IMG/VR virus record: IMGVR_UViG_3300027542_000004
Coordinates: 32,655-96,654 of that record
DNA length: 64,000 nucleotides
Strand: one strand, 5' to 3'
Source: a virus
Taxonomy: Duplodnaviria > Caudoviricetes
Shown one piece after another: positions 38,383 through 47,768 of this stretch (its first letter is position 1; each line of letters starts with the position of its first letter). Under the pieces are notes generated by a model. It worked only from the letters and a program-made list of their open reading frames with translations. It had not been told where the DNA came from and did not search any database. The position numbers and the translations under genes are program-made.

Positions 38383-38386
38383 AGAT

Positions 38387-39631
38387 ATGTTGGAACTACG
38401 AGAATACCAAGACGAAATATCATCAAAGGCGGCGCAGTTGCTTGAGCAGTACAAGATGTGCTACCTCGCAATGGAATGTCGCACCGGCAAGACGCTGACC
38501 GCACTGGCTACGGCGTTGAAATATGGCGCAAAATCCGTACTTGTCTTATCAACTGTTAGAGCCCTACGAAGTATCTATGCAGATTATAACATGATGCGTC
38601 CTACTTTTACAATGGATGCCATCAACTATGAATCGGCTCAGAAGTGCCTCGGAAAACACTATGACCTTGTTATCCTTGATGAAGCGCATCGGCTCGGCTC
38701 ATTTCCCAAACCCAGCCAGCGCACAAAATTAGTCAAGATGCTATGCAAGGGATTGCCGATTATCTACCTTTCAGGTACGCCAACCCCAGAATCATTCTCG
38801 CAGTTGTATCATCAGTTTTGGGTAAGTTCATTCTCACCATTCAACCTATTCACTACTTTCTATAAATGGGCGAAAGTATATGTGGAGCCGGGATTGAAGA
38901 AAGTGGGGGGGCATGTTCTGAATGACTACTCCAATGCGCGAAAGGATAAGATTGATGCAGTGACTAAAAAACTGTTTATCGACTTTTCTCAGGAAGAGGC
39001 GGGATTTGATGCTAAGATAGAGGAATACACATTGACAGTACCAATGTCTAAATGGACTGAAAACGCATTGAGCCACCTCAAGAAGAAAAGAATCCTTTCG
39101 TGGGATGATGTCAATATCTTGGGGGATACCCCGGCAAAGCTGATGTCTAAGCTGCACCAGTTGTCATCCGGCAGCGTGATTGACGAGTGCGGAACGCATA
39201 TAATCACCGACTATTCAAAGGCAAAATACATCCGTGATTACTTTGCCGGTAAGAAAATCGCCATATTCTACGTCTATAAGACGGAGTTAGACCTGTTGAA
39301 AAAGGCATTTCCGCTATGGACTGACGTGCCGGAAGTGTTTCAGCGGCATGAGGGCAATGATATGGTTTATCTGGGTCAGGTGCGGAGCGCAAGGGAGGGT
39401 GTCCGTCTTGATACTGCTGACGCACTCATCTTCTATAACCTTGAGTACTCCTATCTTTCCTATGAACAAGGCAGGAATCGTCTGTCATCCAAAGAAAGGA
39501 TTACCCCGGCACAAGTGTATTTCATCTGTTCTGACTGCGGAATAGAGCAGGATATTCTTGAAGCAGTCCACGGTAAAAATGATTTTACATATTCGTATTA
39601 TAAAGCCAAAAGTAAAAATAGACTATTTTGA
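38387..39631 (+). CDS. SF2 (SNF2-like) helicase
   Basis: LREYQ, TGKT, DEAH, LSGTP, EG..L, Q.R.R. Confidence 0.9.
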   Translation: MLELREYQDEISSKAAQLLEQYKMCYLAMECRTGKTLTALATALKYGAKSVLVLSTVRALRSIYADYNMMRPTFTMDAINYESAQKCLGKHYDLVILDEAHRLGSFPKPSQRTKLVKMLCKGLPIIYLSGTPTPESFSQLYHQFWVSSFSPFNLFTTFYKWAKVYVEPGLKKVGGHVLNDYSNARKDKIDAVTKKLFIDFSQEEAGFDAKIEEYTLTVPMSKWTENALSHLKKKRILSWDDVNILGDTPAKLMSKLHQLSSGSVIDECGTHIITDYSKAKYIRDYFAGKKIAIFYVYKTELDLLKKAFPLWTDVPEVFQRHEGNDMVYLGQVRSAREGVRLDTADALIFYNLEYSYLSYEQGRNRLSSKERITPAQVYFICSDCGIEQDILEAVHGKNDFTYSYYKAKSKNRLF

Positions 39632-39635
39632 TTAT

Positions 39636-40235
39636 ATGGTTTGCTATAAGAATACATCCAGTTACAATCTGCCTAATGAAGAATGGCTTGATATTTGCGG
39701 ATATGAGGGCTTATATCAAGTTAGCAATTTAGGTAGGATAAAGTCTTTGGGTCATCTAATACCGACAAAAGGAGGTGTGTATAGAAAATCCAAAACAAGA
39801 ATATTAAGGCAGAAGTTAAAGAAGAATGGGTATTTGGAAGTAATGCTATCCAAGAATGGTCAAAAGAGAATATTCTTAATACATAGGCTCGTTGCTTTTG
39901 CCTTTTTAGGCAAACCTCAAGGAAATAGAAATGTAGTCAATCATAAAGATGAATGTCCTCGCAATAACACGATATGGAATTTAGAGTGGGTATCGACAAA
40001 AGAAAATGTCAATTATGGAACAGGACTACTACGAACAAGATTGCATTTGATGAATCATCCGAATACATCACGACCTGTTATAGCAACATCGCTTAGAAAT
40101 GGAGATATGTTTAGATTCCCCAGCGTGTCAGAAGCCGCAAGATTCTTAGGATGTAGCCCACTGCGGATTTCATATCTATGCAGAGGAAAAGGAAGATATA
40201 ATGATAATGAATATAGTTGGAAATATGAATCTTGA
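39636..40235 (+). CDS. NUMOD4-HNH homing endonuclease
   Basis: EEW.DI.GYEGLYQVSNLGRIKS, HRLVA.AF, VNHKDE...NN...NLEW. Confidence 0.92.
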   Translation: MVCYKNTSSYNLPNEEWLDICGYEGLYQVSNLGRIKSLGHLIPTKGGVYRKSKTRILRQKLKKNGYLEVMLSKNGQKRIFLIHRLVAFAFLGKPQGNRNVVNHKDECPRNNTIWNLEWVSTKENVNYGTGLLRTRLHLMNHPNTSRPVIATSLRNGDMFRFPSVSEAARFLGCSPLRISYLCRGKGRYNDNEYSWKYES

Positions 40236-40464
40236 AAGCAAAATACAGAATAAGATAATCAAAAGATACAAAGCAATGGGCTATTTGGTTGTAAAAATTA
40301 GCCTATGTAATCTTAATGGTTTCCCTGACCTTATGCTCCTCAAGGATGGCAAAGCATCATTCGTAGAAGTCAAACGACCCGGACAAAAGCCACGACCACT
40401 ACAAGAATACAGGCTCAAGGAGCTGCGCGATGCCGGCTTCGACGCTTTTGTACTGACGGAATAG
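40225..40464 (+). CDS. VRR-NUC domain nuclease
   Basis: ES.IQ, GFPDL, FVEVK.PG....PLQ. Confidence 0.9.
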   Translation: MNLESKIQNKIIKRYKAMGYLVVKISLCNLNGFPDLMLLKDGKASFVEVKRPGQKPRPLQEYRLKELRDAGFDAFVLTE

Positions 40465-40592
40465 ACATACTCTTTTCATAAATTGATGGATGGCTGTCAT
40501 CGTGAGATGGTGGCCTATCCGTTTACAAAAGAAATGCGCCACGGTGGAATAGACCACTATGGCGCAATCTTTATCGCTATTGGTAGCGATTA

Positions 40593-40846
40593 TTATCTAC
40601 AAGATATGAAATCGTCAGGCGCGATAAATCCTTTTGCTTCCATGATTCCAATAGCTACTTCGGCATCTATTTCCGAGCAATCATACGCTATACTGATACA
40701 ACCCTCGGATACATAGCCAATAGTCGGCAAGAACTCACCAAACCCCTAAAGACAATATGCGAGGCAAACACCTGCAACGCGCTGTCGGCCTTTACCCATT
40801 GTCGGATGGCTTTATCATAAGCCTTACGCATTTCCTTGTCTTTCAT
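40593..40846 (-). pseudogene. Frameshifted small gene
   Basis: MKDKEMRKAY...FRG then a second frame GEFLPT...DFISCR; ATG-to-stop span 254 bp, one base short of a whole number of codons. Confidence 0.55.
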
Positions 40847-40852
40847 AACCTA

Positions 40853-41605
40853 TTATTCAATTCTGATATAGACGCGATACCAGCTATATTCGCGGTCAAA
40901 GGCATCCGTGAACGTAATCGGGTCTTCTGAGTCGGCTTCACATACCGGCTCAATGGTGTACTGGGCAACATTGGCTTCAAGGGATTTATCGCCGCACACA
41001 AACGTTACTGTTTCCGTCTTCTTTGGTTTAAGTGCCTTCGTACCGAAAAGCGCAAGGTTATCATTGGTCAGATTAAAGAAAACCGAGTCAGCTTCGCCAT
41101 CCTGCAACTGATTGATGAAATCGCTGCATAAGGGGATTGTCATGTGTGTTCCGTCACGTGTGATAGGCGGCACGTCCACACATTCAGGCAGATTGTCTTC
41201 CGTAATGTCCGGCAAGTCAAAGATGCCCAGTTTGCCCTTGACATTAAGAATAGGCTCTTTGAATAGCTTCACATCGCGCATGACCCATTTATATTCCGCG
41301 CCGTGGCCCTCTTGCGCCCAGATTGAGAAATTCTCTTCTTCGCACCGGTCTATGGTCGCCACGCCTACGATGGCAGACGTTGGCATATCTGCGATTGCCG
41401 GGATTATTCCCATATTCTGCGCGTTTTCTATTGGGTTCGCCCATACCAGCGGCATGGTGTTTTCGTCGATGTTGTGCTTCCGTGCGCCAACATGAATAAG
41501 AACGCGCATAGGTGTTGACTTCAACGCCCATTTGCGGTTTTCCACATCCTTGATACCGGCACATATCAAAGACCCCCACGGCTGCTGAATTGAAAATGCT
41601 TTCAT
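40853..41605 (-). CDS. ASCH domain protein with C-terminal extension
   Basis: SIQQPW..LI..G.KDVENR.W, VLIH, KGKLG.F. Confidence 0.88.
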   Translation of the reverse strand: MKAFSIQQPWGSLICAGIKDVENRKWALKSTPMRVLIHVGARKHNIDENTMPLVWANPIENAQNMGIIPAIADMPTSAIVGVATIDRCEEENFSIWAQEGHGAEYKWVMRDVKLFKEPILNVKGKLGIFDLPDITEDNLPECVDVPPITRDGTHMTIPLCSDFINQLQDGEADSVFFNLTNDNLALFGTKALKPKKTETVTFVCGDKSLEANVAQYTIEPVCEADSEDPITFTDAFDREYSWYRVYIRIE

Positions 41606-42027
41606 TGTTTGTTGTTTATTTTATTGAAAATTTGGACTGCTTTTATCCTTCCATTTCCGTAAGGCTTACTTTGTTGACATAGATTTGTATTCAATGGCGG
41701 TTGAAATACTGCCAAAAAGTCATTTTCATCTGGCTCATCCTTAGAATTGATTTCTGAAAGTGAATATATAGAAAAATCATCATTCTTCTTAAAAGCTGAT
41801 GCCAACTTAGGGAGATAGTTATCTTTCACTTTCCCAAGTTTTGTTTTGCAATGAAATTGCATCCGTTGATAACCCACATTACTTTTACCTATATAGTAAG
41901 AGCCATCACCAAACACAATCATATAAACCAAGTAGAACCTATCACGCAAGCATCTGGGCGATTTATACATGACAGTGATGTTTCCGTCCTTACACTCTAT
42001 CAATTTCTTTAACGATGAACAATCCAT
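41602..42027 (-). CDS. GIY-YIG nuclease-like protein
   Basis: VY.I.....YYIGKS....R...H ... E......P.LN. Confidence 0.7.
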   Translation of the reverse strand: MDCSSLKKLIECKDGNITVMYKSPRCLRDRFYLVYMIVFGDGSYYIGKSNVGYQRMQFHCKTKLGKVKDNYLPKLASAFKKNDDFSIYSLSEINSKDEPDENDFLAVFQPPLNTNLCQQSKPYGNGRIKAVQIFNKINNKQ

Positions 42028-42035
42028 TGACCTAT

Positions 42036-42332
42036 CTATGATTTTGGTGAATCATCATTTGCCACCACGGTAGGATTTAACCTGTATGTAGTTCCGCAGT
42101 TTGGGCAGGTAAAAGTGTTGGTATATTCTTGGCAGACAAGAACACCTACCGGCACACCTATTATATCCGCAATCTCTTGAAGCGTAGCCAATGTTGGATT
42201 CCCATTTATGATTTGGGATGCTGCGCTTTGAGTAATGCCTTTCTGACCATTCCTTCCGGTCATTTGCGAGGCAAGACGTTCAACAGTCCATCCTCGCTCC
42301 TTCATTACGATTCTTATAAAATTATTTGCCAT
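42036..42332 (-). CDS. Xre-family HTH regulator with CPNCG motif
   Basis: SQIINGNPTLATLQEIADIIGV. Confidence 0.85.
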   Translation of the reverse strand: MANNFIRIVMKERGWTVERLASQMTGRNGQKGITQSAASQIINGNPTLATLQEIADIIGVPVGVLVCQEYTNTFTCPNCGTTYRLNPTVVANDDSPKS

Positions 42333-42577
42333 AAGTTTTAACTGTATGTTTAGATGGTGCAAAATTAGTAAAAAATATTCAAACTACAAAATAAAATATT
42401 AGACATAACGAATAATTTTGCTTAAATGTTAATTTATACCTTAAAATTACCCCTATTTGTTAATAGTTGTTAAATGATTAGATAAAACTAATAAAATATT
42501 TGATAGTATAAGATAAAACTTATAACTTTGCATCGTGATTAAGAAAGACAGTTATTCACCCTGTAATAATAAGGAGT

Positions 42578-42910
42578 ATGAAGACAACAAGAAATAACCT
42601 GAAAGAAATCATGTCGATGGCATGGGCGTTTGTGAAGCGCAACGGCTTCACTATGGGCGAGGCACTTAAAGTCGCATGGCGCAACTACAAGCTGAAAAAC
42701 GCTATGCACGGCAAAATCGTAAAGTTCTACTTTCAAAAGGTAGATGGCACTTTGCGCGAGGCTTACGGCACATTAAAGGAGAATCTCCTGCCGGCTACAC
42801 AAGGCACTGGCAGACGTGCCAACGACACAGTGCAAACGTACTTCGACACCGAAAAAGGAGAATGGAGATGCTTTAAGAAAGCAAACCTCGTGCGCATCGC
42901 TAACGCATAA
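42578..42910 (+). CDS. DUF2693/WYL_2-like SH3-fold protein, paralog of 15009-15338
   Basis: KFYFQKVDGTLREAYGTL...YFDTEKGEWRCFK. Confidence 0.82.
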   Translation: MKTTRNNLKEIMSMAWAFVKRNGFTMGEALKVAWRNYKLKNAMHGKIVKFYFQKVDGTLREAYGTLKENLLPATQGTGRRANDTVQTYFDTEKGEWRCFKKANLVRIANA

Positions 42911-42989
42911 GACATCAAACCGGGGATGCTGTCAGCCACGGCATCCCCAGCCCCAAACATCAAACGTAATCAATAACACCAATAAGACA

Positions 42990-43229
42990 ATGAAAATAAT
43001 CGCTAACATCTTCTATGTAGGCCAAATCGTATTCTCAGCCGCCCTCGCTTTATGGGCGTTATACATGGCACTACGCGGCCTCTTTACCGGCGGGCCACTG
43101 TTCGTAACTATCTGCTTCGCCGTAATGACATGCACAACCTATTGCCTCATGTACGTGCCAAGTGTGCGCGAATACAAGGAGCATAAGGCAAGCCACAACA
43201 AAAAGACACAGACAGAGCAAAATGACTGA
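42990..43229 (+). CDS. Small two-TM membrane protein
   Basis: Hydrophobic; preceded by the shared leader motif. Confidence 0.6.
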   Translation: MKIIANIFYVGQIVFSAALALWALYMALRGLFTGGPLFVTICFAVMTCTTYCLMYVPSVREYKEHKASHNKKTQTEQND

Positions 43230-43650
43230 ACCGCAGACCGACATACAGCAAGACGTTGACCGCGTGGAAATCAGCGACACCCTTATTGACTTGATTGTCG
43301 ATAAGATGGTCGATGAAATGAATAAGCGGATAGCCAATATTCAGCCAAGCGATGACCCCTCGGCTGAATACGGCGAATACTGGACAAGCGGAAGCTATGA
43401 TAGCGATGACTATTTAGAACTGGACGAGCCGAATGATGAATACGGCATATCATACAAGTTTGAGCTATCGTGGGAATACCGCGAGTGGACTGAATATTGG
43501 ACTGACCCGGTATGCTACCCATCGTTTGACGAAATGCGGAATGAAACCGGCTACGTCTATGACATAGAAATCGACACCCCGGATGGCGATGCAGTCAAGC
43601 AAAGCATCTGCGACGCTATCGCAAAGAAAGTAAACGAAATAATCAAGTAA
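43222..43650 (+). CDS. Highly acidic hypothetical protein
   Basis: D/E-rich ORF. Confidence 0.65.
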   Translation: MTEPQTDIQQDVDRVEISDTLIDLIVDKMVDEMNKRIANIQPSDDPSAEYGEYWTSGSYDSDDYLELDEPNDEYGISYKFELSWEYREWTEYWTDPVCYPSFDEMRNETGYVYDIEIDTPDGDAVKQSICDAIAKKVNEIIK

Positions 43651-43652
43651 AC

Positions 43653-44066
43653 ATGAGCTTATACAACCTTATAAATGGCGTTAATCCCGCCACGTTTTTC
43701 ATCTTGCCAATGCTCGGCAAGCACCCGGATGAATATCCCAGATTCAGGGATTGCTTCGTAGGGGAAGAAGATACCATCGTCGTACTTACCCGCGTAGGCG
43801 GCGCAAACCGCAACACAGGCTATGGCGAAGACAAGATAATGGGACACCCCAATTTCATCAAGACTTACGATGATGATTTTGATAACACCTACGGCTATTA
43901 CGTCTATTCAGTGCCTGACCGCTGGCGCGAAGACTACAACAAAATCATCAATGGCAAAACGCTATTCGTATCGGAAGAATACTTTAACGAGATGCTGCGC
44001 GTATGGCCTAACCTTGAAGACAAACTGCGGAACATGTTTCATCGCCCCAAAACCGAAGAGAAATGA
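43653..44066 (+). CDS. Hypothetical phage protein
   Basis: RFRD, TR.GG.NR, HP......DD.FD.TY. Confidence 0.7.
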   Translation: MSLYNLINGVNPATFFILPMLGKHPDEYPRFRDCFVGEEDTIVVLTRVGGANRNTGYGEDKIMGHPNFIKTYDDDFDNTYGYYVYSVPDRWREDYNKIINGKTLFVSEEYFNEMLRVWPNLEDKLRNMFHRPKTEEK

Positions 44067-44530
44067 CGAAGCGTAAATCATCTGCGGAAGCTGCTGCGGA
44101 TTATGCCGCAAAGGACTACTATATCGCACAGCGTACCGACCTACTGAAATCCGCGTTTAACGCCGGCGCATCGTGGCTATTCAATAATCAATGGCACGAC
44201 GTGTACGAAGAAGCACCGCCCAAATCCGGGCAATATCTCGTCATCTACCTTATGGATAAGGGCGAGAATGAACCGCCGGAAAAGCGATACGTTCAGGTGT
44301 TCGACATCCTTGTGTATTTCAAGGATAATGAAGACGAGGGCTTATTGCCGTGGGGATTAGAAGATGAATTTGAATACCTCGCAAACGCCATAACACATTG
44401 GGCGTTCATCCCCAAAACGCCACCTATAACAACGCTGGAGGATGGGCTTTATTTAGGCGAAGCAAAGCCTTACAATCCCGAAATGCACCGGCGTGATTAC
44501 AATAACCTACCAGAAGAATATCAGAAATGA
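44063..44530 (+). CDS. DUF551-like protein
   Basis: W......P...G.YLV ... ITHW...P. Confidence 0.6.
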   Translation: MTKRKSSAEAAADYAAKDYYIAQRTDLLKSAFNAGASWLFNNQWHDVYEEAPPKSGQYLVIYLMDKGENEPPEKRYVQVFDILVYFKDNEDEGLLPWGLEDEFEYLANAITHWAFIPKTPPITTLEDGLYLGEAKPYNPEMHRRDYNNLPEEYQK

Positions 44531-44874
44531 AACCTATAAAATTTACATGGACGCAGACCCGTGACCCGCATTTGGCATCATTGGTCAAGACAGACCCGGA
44601 ATTTGCGGAACGAGTCAGAAAGTCAATAACCAACCTTGAGAATTGGCTTGAAAAATGTGCCGACAAAGGCAACTGGGATGAAATTGAAATGTCAATCCCT
44701 TGCAATCAGTTTGTCAACAATGACATCTTGATAAATGATGTCGGGAATGAAGACCGCATGTTTCTTTTCGTGGTACTGAATAGCAAACCAATAGAAGAAA
44801 TTATGAACAGCGTAGTCACGGAACATTATACGCATCTTGTCTATCTTGACTTGATGGACTCAATCAAAGGATAG
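44527..44874 (+). CDS. Hypothetical protein
   Basis: Operon ORF. Confidence 0.6.
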   Translation: MKPIKFTWTQTRDPHLASLVKTDPEFAERVRKSITNLENWLEKCADKGNWDEIEMSIPCNQFVNNDILINDVGNEDRMFLFVVLNSKPIEEIMNSVVTEHYTHLVYLDLMDSIKG

Positions 44875-45126
44875 ATGGCACGACTGGATGAAGAAAGGCA
44901 AAAAGCGTTAGAGCCGGAACGCATACGCCACGCAATCAAGAAAATCACCGCCCTCGGCTATGAAATAACCGCGCAGGATAACACATCTATAAAGTTTATC
45001 CACAACGGCAAGACCGTGACATTTTACCCTTATAGCGGATGGGCGACCGGCGCAAGCATCAAAGATGGTAGAGGCTTGAAACATCTGCTATCATCACTGA
45101 AATCAAATCATCAACCAAATAAATAA
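44875..45126 (+). CDS. Hypothetical protein
   Basis: FYPYSGW..G....GRGL. Confidence 0.7.
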   Translation: MARLDEERQKALEPERIRHAIKKITALGYEITAQDNTSIKFIHNGKTVTFYPYSGWATGASIKDGRGLKHLLSSLKSNHQPNK

Positions 45127-45133
45127 TTGCACT

Positions 45134-45367
45134 ATGGCAGAAACAACCAACAAGAGTGCGGAAGTCGAAATCATCGGCGCAGCCGCAGAATCGTCAGAAA
45201 GCGAAATCGCACGTCTGACCGCAGAAAACAAAGAGCTGAAAGCTCGCGTAGAAACCCTTACACGCGACCGCGACCAGTATCTCAAGTGGTGGGGCGAAAG
45301 CAACTCGGAAAAGAACCGTCTGCTCAACGTCACAAAGTCACTTGTCGCATACAGCGGCCTCATCTAA
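45134..45367 (+). CDS. Small coiled-coil protein
   Basis: Heptad pattern. Confidence 0.6.
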   Translation: MAETTNKSAEVEIIGAAAESSESEIARLTAENKELKARVETLTRDRDQYLKWWGESNSEKNRLLNVTKSLVAYSGLI

Positions 45368-45453
45368 TCATCCCACTGTCGCCCGGTTGTATGTTGAAGC
45401 CGTGCAGCCGGGCGACCATTTAAATCCAAAATCAACTTAATCAAAGACCAGAT

Positions 45454-45720
45454 ATGAAAGCAAAAGAAATCATCGACAAGGAAGATAGAATGATGGCAAA
45501 CATCCGCGAGCTTATCCCTAAAATTGTGGGCATACGCCTTGAAGCCCAGAAAGCTGCATCGTGGATAAATAAGTATGACGCGGAACTTGCCACCGCATCA
45601 GAAGAAATGTCGGAAGCAATCGATGCCCTTTATCGTGCGGAAACCGCAATGGGCAATGCGCATCAGTATCTTCTTGTGTCGCAATCTACCATTAAGCACG
45701 GTCTTGATGCGGAAGCGTAG
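45454..45720 (+). CDS. Hypothetical protein
   Basis: ORF with A-rich leader. Confidence 0.6.
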   Translation: MKAKEIIDKEDRMMANIRELIPKIVGIRLEAQKAASWINKYDAELATASEEMSEAIDALYRAETAMGNAHQYLLVSQSTIKHGLDAEA

Positions 45721-45764
45721 CCGTTTATCATGGCCATGTGGAAAGAATTTACTATCTTTGCACC

Positions 45765-45888
45765 GCCATTCAAAGCTGGGAAGCTGACGGATGGCACTCA
45801 ATAGGTCTTCATACTTTTTGTTGACTTATTGGGTTATTGATTACACCGTGACCCCGGAAGCATCCACTACCGGGGTCACACTTTTTTG
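45765..45888 (+). ncRNA. Candidate trans-acting antisense sRNA
   Basis: TATCTTTG at 45753-45760; 5' hairpin; middle complementary to shared operon leaders; terminator GTGACCCCGG/CCGGGGTCAC plus T-run. Confidence 0.65.
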
Positions 45889-46156
45889 CTCAAGCGGATG
45901 CCGGCGACCTACTACACACAGGTCAATAAATCGCCATAGCCACGTCAAGACCATCAAGAGGCTAAATCCATCATCGCAACATCAGAAACGCGCCAGACGC
46001 GCCCAATAAGGCTTAAAGCGTTTACTATTATCGCTATCAAGACCACATAAAAGCAAACCCTTTTATTATTATAATAAGGTGTAATCAATGTAAAAGCATC
46101 TGCAATTACTAATAAATGTTAAATATAAGTGTTTGCTTTAATTTTTAGGTCAAAAA

Positions 46157-46205
46157 ATTTGGTGGATAAAAGTAAAAGCATTAACTTTGCATCGTAATCA
46201 ATAAC
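46157..46205 (+). promoter_or_regulatory. Promoter/leader, identical to 7201-7249
   Basis: 49-bp perfect direct repeat. Confidence 0.85.
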
Positions 46206-46239
46206 CACAATAAGTTAAACCCCTTAAACCCCAAACGTT

Positions 46240-47115
46240 ATGAAGACTCTTAACGACGAAATCAACGAAATCAAGGCTGCTAACACCAGCAAGAACTCAA
46301 AGAAAGCCGCCCTTGCCAAACTGGGCATCACACCCTACGAAATCGACATCATACTTGAGGGCGTTGAGTGCGCCACCCGTGGCCGTTTTACATTTGGCGT
46401 TGAGATAGAGTGCTTCGTCAATAGTGGCGCAATCAGAACAGCCGCAGAACACACCGGCATGGCCTACGAATACGAGGGCTACAACCACCGCGACGGTCAC
46501 GACTACTTCAAGTTTACCACTGACGCATCAGTGCGCGGCATGGCTGACCCCATCGAGTGCGTGTCACCGGTGCTTGCAGGCGTGAACGGCAAGAACACCC
46601 TTAAAAACGCCGTCAAGACGCTTAACACCGCCGGCGCAAACGTCAATCAAACATGCGGTCTGCATGTGCATATCGGTGCATCTAAACTGACCGCAAAGCA
46701 ATACTGCAACGTGTTTGTAAACTACGCCTACCTTGAGGCCGTCATAGATACCTTTATGGCCCGCTCGCGTCGCGCTGACAACGCCGGATACGCTCACACG
46801 CTGCAAGACCACATCTTCTATCTTGAAAGTGCCGTGACGGTTGAAGACATACGACGTGCCCTCTGCAACGACCGCTACCACAAAGTCAATGCCGAAAGCT
46901 ACCGCCGTCACAAGACCATCGAGTTTAGACAGCACGCCGGCACGACCAACTACGAAAAAATCATCAACTGGGTTAGCTTCTGCGGAAAGCTCGTCATCTG
47001 GTCAAAGAAAAACCGACTGACCGCCCCGGTAGCAAGCATCGACGAGATACCATTTCTCAACGCAGAGGAGAAGTCATTCTTTAAGGCACGTGCAAGCCAC
47101 TTTGCAAGCCTTTAA
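46240..47115 (+). CDS. Amidoligase family protein (COOH-NH2 ligase type 2)
   Basis: FGVEIE, DAS, E.VSPVL, CGLHVH.G, TIEFRQH.GT. Confidence 0.88.
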   Translation: MKTLNDEINEIKAANTSKNSKKAALAKLGITPYEIDIILEGVECATRGRFTFGVEIECFVNSGAIRTAAEHTGMAYEYEGYNHRDGHDYFKFTTDASVRGMADPIECVSPVLAGVNGKNTLKNAVKTLNTAGANVNQTCGLHVHIGASKLTAKQYCNVFVNYAYLEAVIDTFMARSRRADNAGYAHTLQDHIFYLESAVTVEDIRRALCNDRYHKVNAESYRRHKTIEFRQHAGTTNYEKIINWVSFCGKLVIWSKKNRLTAPVASIDEIPFLNAEEKSFFKARASHFASL

Positions 47116-47207
47116 GACATCAATCAGGGTCAGGGGTTGAAACATACCCCTGACACCGATTAAAACCCCTACAAGCATTTCTAAACATCAAAATAAAGAA
47201 TATCATT

Positions 47208-47768
47208 ATGTGCGTCATCATAGTAAAGCCGGCAGGCGTTAAAATGCCAGAAAACGACATCATCAAGGCAGCCTACAAAGCAAATCCCCACGGTTGCGGT
47301 TTCATATCCCCATCAACCTTTTATAAGGGGATGAGCTTCGATAGTTTCAAAAGACAACTGAAAAAGGTATCAGATGAAGAGCCTTGCATCATACATTTTC
47401 GCCTTGCGACACATGGCTCAATCAAGCGAGCCAACTGTCACCCCTTTAATCGTGGCGATGTATGGTTCGCACACAACGGAATACTAAGCATCATACCGCA
47501 GGGGGATATGACCGATAGCGAAACCGCTTTTCAGAATATCATCTACCCGGCTATTGAGAAATTTGGCTATGGGTCTATGCAGATGGATAGAGCCGTTTCA
47601 AAGGTCATTGGCTATTCAAAATTTGCCTTTTTGCAAGGCGATAAACTGAAAATGTATGGCGAGTTCATCAAGCAAGATGATGGATGCTATTATTCAAACT
47701 TGCGCTTTATGCCTTATGTGGGCTGGGTACGGAATAGCCGTCACCGGTCTTACGCAATGGGTTATTGA
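47208..47768 (+). CDS. Class II (Ntn) glutamine amidotransferase
   Basis: N-terminal MC, NPHG.G, HFR.ATHG, HPF, HNG, TDSE. Confidence 0.88.
   Translation: MCVIIVKPAGVKMPENDIIKAAYKANPHGCGFISPSTFYKGMSFDSFKRQLKKVSDEEPCIIHFRLATHGSIKRANCHPFNRGDVWFAHNGILSIIPQGDMTDSETAFQNIIYPAIEKFGYGSMQMDRAVSKVIGYSKFAFLQGDKLKMYGEFIKQDDGCYYSNLRFMPYVGWVRNSRHRSYAMGY

Noticed and set aside
45765-45888. Possible phage tRNA that could explain the GTT starts
   Set aside because: No cloverleaf or TTC loop here or in 54830-55100; no phage tRNA was seen in the window
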